From contig CT868219.1 in NCBI GenBank assembly GCA_000165425.1, positions 252,728 through 316,727 on the forward strand: DNA of 64,000 nt, written 5' to 3'. The position numbers were made by a program, and so were the translations under genes. Below are positions 27,113-39,485 of this stretch, one piece after another (within the stretch, counting starts at the first letter, position 1; each line of letters begins with the position of its first letter). The notes beneath the pieces are model-generated. The model was not told the origin of the DNA and searched no databases. It saw only the letters and a program-made list of their open reading frames with translations. The DNA is from Paramecium tetraurelia. Taxonomy: Eukaryota.

Positions 27113-28592
27113 ATGTAACGATAGCCAACAAAAGAGAGTTTTTCATCTAATAAACGTAGAGAGTCTGGAAACGAAAGAAAAAGGAGTGTTCACAATGACT
27201 CCTCTTATAATCATAAGAGTGATGAAGAATTACGTGATGTTGTCAGTAAATTATAATTCAGGATTTTGAAAAAGAATGATCATTTGGCTAAGATGAAAGA
27301 GGAAATCATTGAATTATAAGTACAATGGCAGGAAGAGAAAAGAAATTGGCAGAATGAAAAATGTGCACTTGAAAGACAAGCAGACTTTTATAAAGAGAAT
27401 GTGTATGAATTTATCATTATCATTAGACATGCTGAAAGACTTAATAACCAAAAATTATAGATTCAGATTGATAAACTAACACACATGTTGACTGATTAAT
27501 CCAAAATCAAATAGCATTTTGATACAAATACTACCTTAGAAAAAGTGAGTGGATAATTAAACTAAGAGATTGATGTATTATAGAAAGAAATAGGAACACT
27601 AAGAACTTAAATTACTTTATTAGAAAATAAGTTATTGACTAAAGAAGAGACTATTTCAGAGTAATAAATTAGAATTTAAAAATTAAAAAAGAAAATGGAT
27701 CAATAATTATAGGTTCAATTAGAAGAGAAAATGGTTGATGTTGATAAATAAAAAAAAAGGAGTGGAGAAATTAAAGAGAGAGTTTCAGAATTAGAATTGA
27801 AATTAAAGAATTTAAGCTTAGAAAGTGAAAGAATTAAAAAAGATAATAAGTTTCTATAATAAGAAAATGATTAATTAAGAATTTAATATGAAAAATCAAG
27901 TAGATTAATACCATAATTAGAAGACTAAAAGTAAGTTTTTTTTAATCTTTTTTAGCAAACGTTTAGAATTAGAAATAAATGATTATGAGTAATAATTTGA
28001 AAAAATGAGTAAATAGATGAGAGATCTTAATAATTAATATGCAAATGAAAAACAATATGGTCAATCTCACAATGAAGAACTTAAAAAGAAGAATGTATAG
28101 ATTGATAATTTAGAATAACAAATTAATGAATAAATTAGGCTATTACATGCTGAATAGAGATAAAACACTTTCTTAAAAGAAGAAATGGAAAAATATAAAG
28201 ACTAATTAGAAAGATTATAAAGATAATCTTAATAATTAACTGATGCTTAACATAAAGATATGGATGTTTTGGAAGCTAAAATTGAAAAAATTAGCAAAGA
28301 AATGATCAAATTAAGAGAAGAAAATAGTATTTTAAAATCACAATTGTCAAATCAAAAAAAGGAACACGCTTAATATATTGATACCATTGATTAATTATAA
28401 AAATAAGTTAGGGATTTAAAAGGAAAAAATAAAATACTGGTTTAACAACATGATGATTTGGATGCAAGGATCAATTAATTAGCTTAAATCAAACAACAAA
28501 AAACTACTAAAGTTAGAATACAAGATTCTGATTTTAGAAAGAAGATGGCAAAATTAGAGCGTTCAGATAGTAGCAGTTCCTTTTCGGATTGA
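27113..28592 (+). CDS. Long coiled-coil protein
   Basis: Code-6 ORF MQRQPTKESFSSNKRRESG... with 2 introns and near-continuous heptads; TGA at 28590. Confidence 0.75.
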
Positions 28593-28652
28593 ATTAATTA
28601 ATATAAAATTATGCTAAAATTGATAATTTTTCAAAGCATCTGTAAAAATAAT

Positions 28653-30091
28653 TCATTTAGGTGAACTATTTAATGGCAAATTTTCCATTTTTTATACTTA
28701 AATGCTTAGAATAGGTGTCTAAGAATGAGGACTGGGACTTTCTTCCATTAATTCTTTTATTTAATCAGTTGGACAGTTTGATTTATATTTAATTAATTTT
28801 TACAACTTCTCTAATTTTAACTGCATATGTAGTATTTCATCAATACTCAAGGTCTTTTGTATTTATTACCTTTCATCTTAATACTATTATCGAATTTTTT
28901 TATCCTTAATCAAATTGATGACTGAGATAGAATTAGATTACCTTTTTTTAGTATTATCATTCATACTACATTTAAATTATTCCAATGTCTTTATCAAATA
29001 GAAATTTAGAAGTAATTATTAAATAGGTAAAACTATAAAATCAAGTATCATTTTTAAAATTGTATAAAGACCTCCTACTTTAGCTAAGACGTCCATCAAT
29101 GTTTAATACTAAATATAATATATTTATCGTTTATGTGTTAGTTATATCATGATTTCAGCTAATAAATTTGAATTCCCATTATTATATTGGGTGTCATATA
29201 TTGATTTATCATATTCTATCGCACTATATTATTATTCTGAAGGGAAAAAGTAAAACGGATTTATATTTGCAGTTGCTTGTGAAAACTTCTATTAAACTTT
29301 AACATGTTTGGTTGTTTGAGAATATAATATGGCAGTTTCTGTGTTTTAGAATTTAGAATAGGGATTCCCTTCCAGCTCTTTATTAAAAGAATAAGATGTG
29401 TAAGTGTAAAATAAATTTGAGCTAGCTAATTATTAATTAATTTCTTCTTTTGGCGCACAATCTTCATTTAAATAAATGAATACATAAAAAATCGGTTGTA
29501 TTTTCACAAAACTTAATTAATGATCCAAGAATGGAAAAGTTTCTCATTCTCATAGACCCTTAAAGAGTAATATTTTGCCTTTTCTCCATATATTCAGGAC
29601 TCAAACAATAAGAATTTCTTTGAGTTACTTCCTTTAGTAATAATTTGATTTTACATCACTGAAGCTTTGTCCTATGGTGTCACAAGGCACACTAGGAATG
29701 AAATCACAATTAGTCTTTAATTCCACCTATTCGCAATAATAGAAAATGACGCTAAATATCTTATTCATGTCATTTTATATATAGTTACCATAAGTGTCTA
29801 CAATCCCAACAGAAAATAAGAAATCCGTTGGGCCAAATGTTAAACCCTGGAATTATGTAAAATATTTACTTAATTCTCCTATAACAGAGCATCTTTTGAA
29901 TTCAAAGAGGCATTCTTTCCCTCATTCATTTCTAAGATAAATAGATAAAATGAATAAGTTAAGAAAGCAAATAAGCAAAGAGATATAAAAGATCCGAACT
30001 TGCTTTTAAACTTTTGATCTCCATCAATTCTCCACTTAATTTCACAACCAAAAAGATCAAGTTCATTCAAGAGACGACAAAAATTTTTCAT
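28653..30091 (-). CDS. Ciliate two-TM protein family (copy 2, more divergent, shorter tail)
   Basis: ELDLFGCEIKWRIDGDQKFKSKFGSFISL + TM1, Cys-containing loop (YCLSP..LLLEG), LMDVLAKVGG + TM2. Confidence 0.75.
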
Positions 30092-30225
30092 TAATTTTAA
30101 ATAAAGACATTTCAATAAAAGCCTTTAATTAAATCCTAAAAATGTTAATTCTTTTATTAGTAAGTTGATATTTTCTAATAATAATTTCCAAAAGAAACTC
30201 AATTCTTAAACCAAAATAATAATAT

Positions 30226-33200
30226 TCAATTAATATAACACAAATCACAAATTTTACAAAGTTTTCCTTTTTAAGAATGTATTGCTTTATCAAACAAACA
30301 TTAATGATTGCTTTATTCCTAATTGATTGTCAAAGTATCTGCAAATATAATCTTACAACCTTAGATTAAATAATCTTCTTCGAAATCAATTTGATATTCA
30401 TTTCTTAATTGTTGTTCACAATTTTTTAAAATCTAGAATATTAAAATTCATTACTTTCTTAACGTTATCTATAACTTCAGGTTTAGCATAAGCTGATCCT
30501 TATGGAGCCTTTTCCAATAATTTTAACAAATATCTAGCTACTTAAGCTCCAGTCAAATGGTTCTTATGTTTATAAGCCAAACTCATGGCTGCTCTTAAAG
30601 TCAAAGAGCGATGTATTGGTTATAAATCACACATGGCCATATAGCAAGCTAATTCAATTTGTCTAGAAACACTTTAATCTTTTTTATTTAATTCGCAATT
30701 CATAGCCATAATATAATTGAAACATATCGGTACAATATCTGTGTTTTTCTCATAAAATAATGCTTGTCTTAATAAAGTTTTAAACGTATTCAAAGCATCT
30801 TGAAATTTCCCATCAGTAGTTTGCTTATAACCTAATTTTAGCAGATTTTAAGAATTTCTATTGAAATTTTATTTATCTTATAAAGTTGATAGCATTTATG
30901 GAGCAGCCTATAGGAAAGGTATTTGAGTTATCTCCATAATTGAACTCAAACACAATTATTTCATATAGTCTTTACATAGATTAAGATTGGTCACATTTTT
31001 TGTTGACTTTAATGTTTATTAGCATTATTAAAATTATTCAGTAATTACTTATTCGACAGGTGATAAAGCTATTTTGTTATAATTAGATAGTACCTTTTTT
31101 ATAATCAGGATATCCATATTGTAAGCTCTTAAAATCCAAATTTGTTTAGTTTAATTACATTTCTAAAAGTTCTTATTCATTTATTTCCCATTAACAGTCT
31201 TCAAATATTTCTTCCTTCTCTTATTACTATTAGTCATCCACTTTCTATTCATTCTATCTATTTTTACAATTATTCATATTCTATTTATCTTGATTCCCTG
31301 ATGATTTTTCTTGCTATTTTTGATTTTTTTCTTTTGTATCTTAATCTTCTTCTATTAACAGATTGTATTATTAATCTTGGTCTACAAAATTATGAGGCCA
31401 ATTCATAGAAAATAAAGGATGTTATTTAGATTTTATGATTGAAATAGGAGGTTATAATGTTTATGGCTGCAAAGATTATACCCATTCTAAATCTTCAGCA
31501 ATTACCGATTTTTAATCATATTGCAACCCATGTACTAATTTGCTAAGATTTGCAAGATGACTCAATTTACAATCCTATAAAAATTGAATCCTTTAATTAA
31601 TATTTCCAAGATGTAATAATGTTTAGAATCTAGTATTATATTCATTTTATTCTTTGGCTATTGTACTTAAAACATTCAACTTCTCATTTTAACCTGTGAT
31701 AGTATAGAGAAAAGACAATTCGTCAGAAGCTCTCAATTTCTACTTGCAAACTTCAACTATATTATGATTACCCTATCTCATGGCTTCTTCGGATAGTTAT
31801 TGATAGCAAATTGGGTTCTTTAAGTCATCACATGTTCTATAGGAGAGTTCTAAATTATTAGAAGACAATGCTAGTTAAAATTTAGCTCTTTTGTCATCAA
31901 CTAATTGATAAGCCAACATTGAAAATCCCTTTTAATATAGATACGATGTAATCAAATCACCCATTTTCTTGCGTGTCTTTAAGAAATTCTGTATATAATT
32001 AACATTTTTATCCATCAATGCCTACTTAAATAGCATTTCAGAGCAATCAAGACTCATATTTAATAATTTACCAACATTATTCATGTAAAATAATTTGTAT
32101 TTTTCACTCTATTTATCTATTGGTTATTGTAATTGTATAAGATAAGGAACAGTCTCCACAGTTCCAAAAATACCAGAATCTCCATTTATTAATAAATACT
32201 TTATGTGAACCTTGGTTGAATATATTAAGCTGTTTTACGTTCTACTTAAAAATAATACAGATTTAATATTGATCGACTCTTAAATCTAAGTAACCCTTTG
32301 GAATGATTTTGTAAACAGATAAATAGATTTTTTAGTTTAAATCATCACATATGTGTCGTTGCTTAATACTTGTTTGATATTATTAAATTCTATTGAGCAA
32401 GGTATTTGATGGATGACTTAATTAGCTACAGGATCAAATACATTTATTATTTAATCAGTATAAAAAATGGCCTTACCTCCTAAATAAGGAAAGACCTTCT
32501 CTGCTTTTAAGCCCAAAGCTGTATGACAATCAACTTCAAAATTATAGATTGCTAATTCAGAATTTTCTTTAGACTTCAAGATCTTAGATTTTCCAATGAA
32601 AATCGCAGACTTACCCAGAAAGATTTGACTTATATTGGTTTAACATTCAAAAATCACATATTTGCATATTCCTCTCTATTTATTATGAGAGCTCTACTTC
32701 AACCTAACTAAGAGTTAGTTTTTACTAGTCTCATAAATATTTTATTAGATAAACTCAATATTATCTTATAATAGATTATCTGATATTAAAGATGTAATTT
32801 CTTGGAAGTTCTTTATGATTTTCTCTTAACTAGTCTATAGATCTATTAATTTGATTTGTTTTTTAGATCCAACATATAAATTCTTATTTTCTGTCAAATA
32901 AATAGCAGGTCTGTTCCTAAATAATGTAAATATGTATAAAGCAGAATCACTTCCTCCTGCAAAATAATTATTATTCTAATGAACAGCACTAACCCAAAAT
33001 CTATCCAATTCATAATTTGTAAAACAGTCTATTTCACATTTCTTTTTCATATCCCAAAGTCTGATTGTGTTATCTTCTGAATTAGATATACAGTAATCTC
33101 CAAATGGATGAAACATAGCGCTGCTTACATTATTCTATACTGATAATATGTATTAAATTACATTATGACCCTAATAGGAATCAACTTCAAAGCCTCTTGA

Positions 33201-33929
33201 TTCATAAAATTTCCAAACTTTGACTTTCTTATCATCTGATGCTGACAATATTAAATTTTCAGTAGGACTGAATGTACACCAATTCACTCCTTGATTGTGT
33301 CCTTCTAAAATTGATATTAATTCTAATTCATTTTGTTGATCATTTTGGACCTATAAATTTATTTGAATATTTTACATTCTTCTAAGTAAATCTTTTCTTT
33401 AATTATGCAATTGACCCATAATCTAATAGTCTAATCCAAAGAACAAGTAATTAGAAAGTCTTTTGTTGGATGAAATTCGCAATGCATCACATAATGACTG
33501 TGTCCTGTTACTATTGCTATCATTTGTCTTGATTAATAATTCCAAATTCTAGACGTCTAATCATCTGAAGCTGAGACACACCACGGCAATTCTGGATGAA
33601 AATGTACGCATCTTACAAAATCTAGATGGCCACGCAATACAAATTAACATTTTTTAGTTTTGTAATTCCAAACTCTTACAGTAAAATCATCTGAGCCTGA
33701 TACAAACAGACTCAAAGATTGGTGAAACTAAACTGATCTCACAGGACCTTCATGTTCGAAAAATTCTTCTATTGTCTTTTTGTAAATATTAAGCATATTT
33801 TACTCTTCCCAATCTATAGTCAATCATTTGGATTGTTCCAGAATGCAATCCAACGAGTAGCCAAGGTTGCTATGGGTGAAACGACAATCCTTTTATTCTC
33901 TCTGTTTTCTTATGAAATTTTACAATCAT
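30226..33929 (-). CDS. COPA: Coatomer subunit alpha
   Basis: MIVKFHKKTERIKGLSFHPQQPWLLVGLHSGTIQ, HEGPVRSVQFH, SGSDDFTVRVWNY, GHLDFVRCVHFHPELPW; C-terminal ELAAYMAMCDLQP.HRSLTLRAAM and CKICDL. Confidence 0.93.
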
Positions 33930-34618
33930 TTATTTTTAATTATTTACCAATACTCTTTAAAATTTTAATATTAAGAAAACATATTATTGTTTTTTTTCGT
34001 TTCACATTCAACGTATGCTTTCTTTCTCAAACGGGGAAATGATTGTCTACATTTTTTGAGATTTTTAATTTCATTTTCGAGAAAAATAAATACTAAAATT
34101 TGAGGTTCAATATCTTATAATCTCATAAAGTTTTTGAAAATTATTATTAATAGTATTGGGTGCACGTTAGTATTCTTATACTATGCTTGCTTGTTATGCC
34201 ATCACGATTCATTAATATAATAAATTTTAAACTTATAATATAAAGATTATTTATTTAATTAATCATATTAATTCTTAAATAAAGCCAATTATGAAGCTTG
34301 GTATAGAGTTGAATATTTTAAAAATAAAAGTATTTAAATCAATGAGAGAGGCTTAATAACATAAACAATAATTTTTTTTAAATAATCTCACTAAGTTTCT
34401 TAAGAAAACGTGATTCATTCTCTAATGGTCAAAGAATACAATCTCATTTTAGAAACTGAAAGAATAATAATAAAGAAATGGGGAATTACAAAGGCAATTA
34501 AATGAAGAATCAGTCCTTATTTTATTTTAAGAAAAAGAACAATAGAACAATAATAATTGAGATTTGATAGGAATAGCTATTAATGAATCACTTTATAAAA
34601 ATCTTATCACAATATGTA

Positions 34619-35097
34619 TCATTTTTCTTACTTATCTTTTGACTAATTATTCTTGGATTGAAGATCTTCTATTGCTTTCTTAATTGCATCTTCTGCTAGC
34701 ATACTGCAATGCAATTTGACAGGAGGTAACTTTAAGTAACTTGCTATGTCAGAATTCTTGATGTTGTAAGCATCTTCCAAGGTCATCCCCTTAAGAATTT
34801 CTGTAGCATAAGAACTAGAAGCTATGGCTGAACCACAACCAAATGTCTTAAAATTAATATAATCTATTAAATTACTTTAAAGACAGCTTGTTCAATGGTT
34901 TTACCATCTTCTCCAACTTGGATTTGTAGTTTCATAACATCTCCGCATGCTGGGGCTCCAACCAATCCTGTTCCTACTTTTGGATTGCTTTTGTCTAATG
35001 ATCCTACATTTCTTGGGTGTTCATAGTGATCTATAACATTGGGATGATAGGAAAAGCGAGGAACAAAATATATCGATCGTTTAAGAAGAGTTAACAT
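34619..35097 (-). CDS. ISCU: Mitochondrial Fe-S cluster scaffold IscU
   Basis: YHPNVIDHYEHPRNVGS, GAPACGDVMKLQI, FKTFGCGSAIASSS (across an intron), LPPVKLHCSMLAEDAI. Confidence 0.95.
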
Positions 35098-35124
35098 AAA
35101 TAATAATAATTTAAATTTTTTATT

Positions 35125-36305
35125 ATGGCTTAGAACCAAATAGTAGGAGCAATTAAAATAAAGGATGGATTATTTATTGGGGATGAATATGCATCATAGG
35201 TTTAATATTGAATCTAAAAAAGGATCGAGAATTTATAAATACAAATAAAGTAACTCATATTATTAATTGTGCTGGCACAGAAGTTCAAAATAAATGGACT
35301 TTGATGGGTGCAAAGTATTTAACTTTTAATTGGTTGGAGTAAGATAACGAAGTATCAATTACAATTTTGATTTTTAGGTGTTATTTGATGAACGAGGTGA
35401 AAATGTAAATAAAATATTTGCATTCATTGAAGAATGTTTTCAATAAGGAGAGAGTTGCTTGGTACATTCAGTTAGAGGTTAGAGTAGAGCATGTTGTGTG
35501 CTTGCTGCTTATTTTATGAAAAAGTTCGTTAAATAATTTAAATTTTTTAGATATTCGTGGACATTATATAAAACATTAGAATTTTTGAATTCCAGGCGTC
35601 CAGATCTAGAAATTAGAGCATCCTTTTTCTATTAATTAAATGCATTGGAAAACAGAATGAATAAATTAGGACCAAAAAGAACTGCTTCATGGAATGAACT
35701 CACATCAGATGAATAAAATCCTTAGCATGTTTAGGAGGAATTGATCATTAGAAATACTTTTTTGAATTCTCATAATGGTCCTGTTGATGAAATATATACG
35801 AATTTATAAGCTAAATAGGTACTTAATCTAATTAATACACTAAGGGAGTTTTAGGAAAGCCAACTAATTAAAAGTTAAAATGGAGAGATCAAATGAACAA
35901 AGAAAATATTCAATTAGCAACTCTTGTTTACTCTGGATCTCCTGATTTTGTGCCTGTTTCTGAAGTCAACTTAAAACGTGATTCTGAAACTTCAATTTTA
36001 AAAGTAAAATTAGAATTTAATTAGGGAGCATAAAAAAACTAATCTGTAATCTAATTGCCTAAATAACCCTAAATCTAAACAAGCTTTCCAAAAAGTAATT
36101 AAAACCCAACTCAAGGTAGAACTGAAGGTAGTAAATCATAATAACAAGATTAATCTGATATTACAAATAAATCTAATATAACTTCTGCTAATTTGACTAG
36201 CAACCCTTCATTTTAAAACTTATTGATGCAATGCACAGTAAAAAGTAGAACACCATAACAATAACAATAATTATAATAATAACAACAATTTTAATAGTAA
36301 TAATC

Positions 36306-36362
<57 letters not shown>

Positions 36363-37840
36363 GACTACTTTTGAGCAAAATAATAAAAAAACCTAATTGA
36401 TTAATAATTTTGTTAAGACTTCTGATAATCAAATATAAGAGAAGAAACCTTTATTTGGAACTATATTAAATAGTAATAATTAAGTCATATAAAACAGTTC
36501 TAATGCAATTAGAAGCAATTCTTTGTAACAAAATGATGAAAAGAAATTAACGTCAGATTCTTCCAATTAAAATAGACCAAACTCTTTAAAATAAAAAGAT
36601 AACTAGAATTCAATCCTAACTAACTTCTAGGAATTTAAAAATTAAGTGTAATAATCATTGAATTATTTCAATAAACAAACCGAAACACTTTTAAATTTTG
36701 ACAAATAATCCTAATAATCGTAAGCAACGTAATTAACAAATTAATCAAATAATACAATCTAATAAAAAAGTAAATTAGATTAATTAATTAGTCCAACACA
36801 AATGTAAACAATGAATTCCACTAAGCATTCAGAAATTCAAAAAACTCTCACTTAATCCATTTCCTAATTATAGTCTAGTTATTAAAAATTTCAGCAACTT
36901 TAGCAAAAATCCTAAATAAATCAATCTTAATCTTAATCTTGTATTTAAAAGTAAAATATTTAAAACACTGAATTATGTATGATTAATTAACCTGCTATGT
37001 TAAATTAGTCGCATTTACAGGATAGAAGCTCTTCTTTAAACAAAAATTAGGAAACATTAGAATCCAAACTTAGGCCTGAAATAAAGGATACATAAAAATC
37101 TAATTGCGTATAAAAAAAGGAAACCTTGTCTCCCTTTTCAAAAGATCCTTAAAAAAAGTAGTCTTAACAAGGACCCCCTTTACCATAATCTAGTTCTCAA
37201 ATATATTTAAGAAATGTTTAATGTAGAAGGCAAGCAGCATCTACTTTGAGGAACTAATAAAAGCCAAACAACTCATTTTAGGATAAGTACTTAAATTAAA
37301 GCGCTAATTAAGCATAAAACAACAGCTTTAATAATAATAGTAATTCTGCTATTGAAGCAGATTAAAAATAATAAGCTAAGGGCATAGTTACAGATCTTAA
37401 TTAATTTAAGAAATTAATATCTCCTTAAAATTTGACTAAAAGTTAGGCATAATTTGTGAAGAATTAACCCATTAGAGTTTTATAAGAATTGACAGATAAG
37501 ACTCATTCCCAAAAATAAGTGTATGATTGTTTAAATATTTCATAGGAAAGCCAAAGATAATGTATCATCAACTAGTTTTACAATAGTTCATAAACCCTCA
37601 ACAGTAAATACAAGAACATTTTCACCTGTTATTAAAAGTATTTCATTAAATTTAATCTAAGATGAACCAAAGAATAAGACAACTAATGTTACTAGCGTTA
37701 GACACAAAATTAGAAATTCTTCACCAGGTATAATACATTTTAATATATCTGAAGGAATATCAAAAGATTAGGATTGCTCAAATTCATTTTAAAACATATA
37801 ATAAACTTTACAAGGAAAAAATAGTTGGAAAATGCTTTGA
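35125..37840 (+). CDS. Dual-specificity phosphatase-like protein (catalytic Cys replaced by Ser) with a long Q/N/S-rich tail
   Basis: KIKDGLFIGD, VTHIINCAG, signature CLVHSVRGQSRACCVLAAYFMK, RRPDLEI; several short introns. Confidence 0.85.
36256..36363 (+). repeat. (TAA)n trinucleotide repeat encoding a poly-glutamine tract
   Basis: Near-perfect TAA run at about 36308-36360 within a TAA/CAA/TAG-rich stretch in frame in the phosphatase-like gene. Confidence 0.9.
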
Positions 37841-37924
37841 TACAACTACTTTTGTCTTATAATTTTTAATTTAACTAAAATAAAAAGTTATTAAAATTAT
37901 CAAAATTTTTTACAAAAATAATAA

Positions 37925-39446
37925 TCAATCTGTTAAAGTATTGTGTGAATTTAATTCATTATCCAAATTTCTAAAAGTATCCTCCATAATAAATTTTGAT
38001 CCTTGTTATTATTAAAAGGTAATATGATGTACTCCTTAATGATCACCAAAACATTTTCTGTCATTCTCTTTGTCTTATATATGATATCTAATTATATTAT
38101 GATTTTATTTACATGTCTGCAGATTAGAGGGAAAATTTATCCGGATCATTTGAATCAAAAGTCTTCTTATTAAATTAACTGTCCTACTCAGTAGAACAAT
38201 ACAATAAAGTTTACAAATTTTAGATTTCATAATGTTGATTCATGATGGTTTTCTATTAGGACTCAATTTATCTCTTTTAGATTTAAATAATTTATTTCAT
38301 TTTGTTAAATTCTTTTTATTACATAGCTGAATTACTGGATGGTTAATTTACTTTCTTTTCTTTTAATAAAAACTAATTAATAACTGTTTACATTTCAACT
38401 AATTTTTATTCACATATTTCTTTCTCTTTTTGAAGTTGCTCTTATTGAGCTTGATAAAATAAGACTTCATTTTGCACTGAAGATCTTCTTGATAATGATT
38501 CAAATTAATTACTTTTTCTTTGATTTTAGATGTTTAATTATTATTACTACTTTATAATTGACAACTCCTCTTATTTCTATTCTAACTTATTCATTATATC
38601 ATATTATTATTATTCTAAATTTTCAAATTATTATTTTAAATGTTGAATAGATGAGTCTTTAGCTTATAAAAGTTATTTATGCTCAGTTAATTCATTTTAT
38701 AATTAAGATATTTCTTTATTTTTTTAATTGATAATTTATTCATTATTATTCACTTTATTTCTTTCACTTCTTAAGAGTTTCATATCATCTAACAATTAAT
38801 GATTTTACTACTTTAGATTGTTGAACTCTTTATTGGATTGTTCGATATTAGTTCTCATAAATTCAAGATCCTTTAACATTTCTTCAGTTTAAGAATACAA
38901 TTTTTGATTATCTTAATTTAAGCGAATGTTAACTTCTTATAATTTTTAATTTTCTTGTTCTTTTTATGTTAATTATTATTTTAATTCCTTCAATAATATG
39001 TTAAGTTAGTCAATTTTTTCGCATTGTTCTTTTATGGCAATGGGTTGTTGTAAAGGGACATTTTTGACATTTAATTAATCTTCTGATTATTTGAGCTGAG
39101 GTTTTAAACAAGCATGAGTATGGGGACTATATGATAAATTGTTTTAAGAATTATCAGGAGTTTTATCATAATGAAAACTAGCCGTAGTTTTGGTTGGAGT
39201 TTTTTTTAAGATATGTTCTTTAGATTTGTTTATAGATGTGTCAAGTCTTAAATTCCCTGTGCTACTTTGATGCATTTATTTTATTATGTCTAATGCTTTA
39301 GTTGATTGTTGAGTTTCCAATTTATTTTTTGAGTTCAGAAGCATGTCGATTCTTAAAGGTTACATTGGCATGGATAATATGTCTGGCTAAGGACTTTTAA
39401 TAGGCTTGTCATAAGGGACTGAATTTTTTGATTTTGAGATATTCAT
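37925..39446 (-). CDS. Hypothetical coiled-coil protein
   Basis: MNISKSKNSVPYDKPIKSP..., long Q/E/K heptad region, TGA at 37925. Confidence 0.65.
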
Positions 39447-39485
39447 TAACGACTAAAATATTATATATTAACAATAATTTATTAT

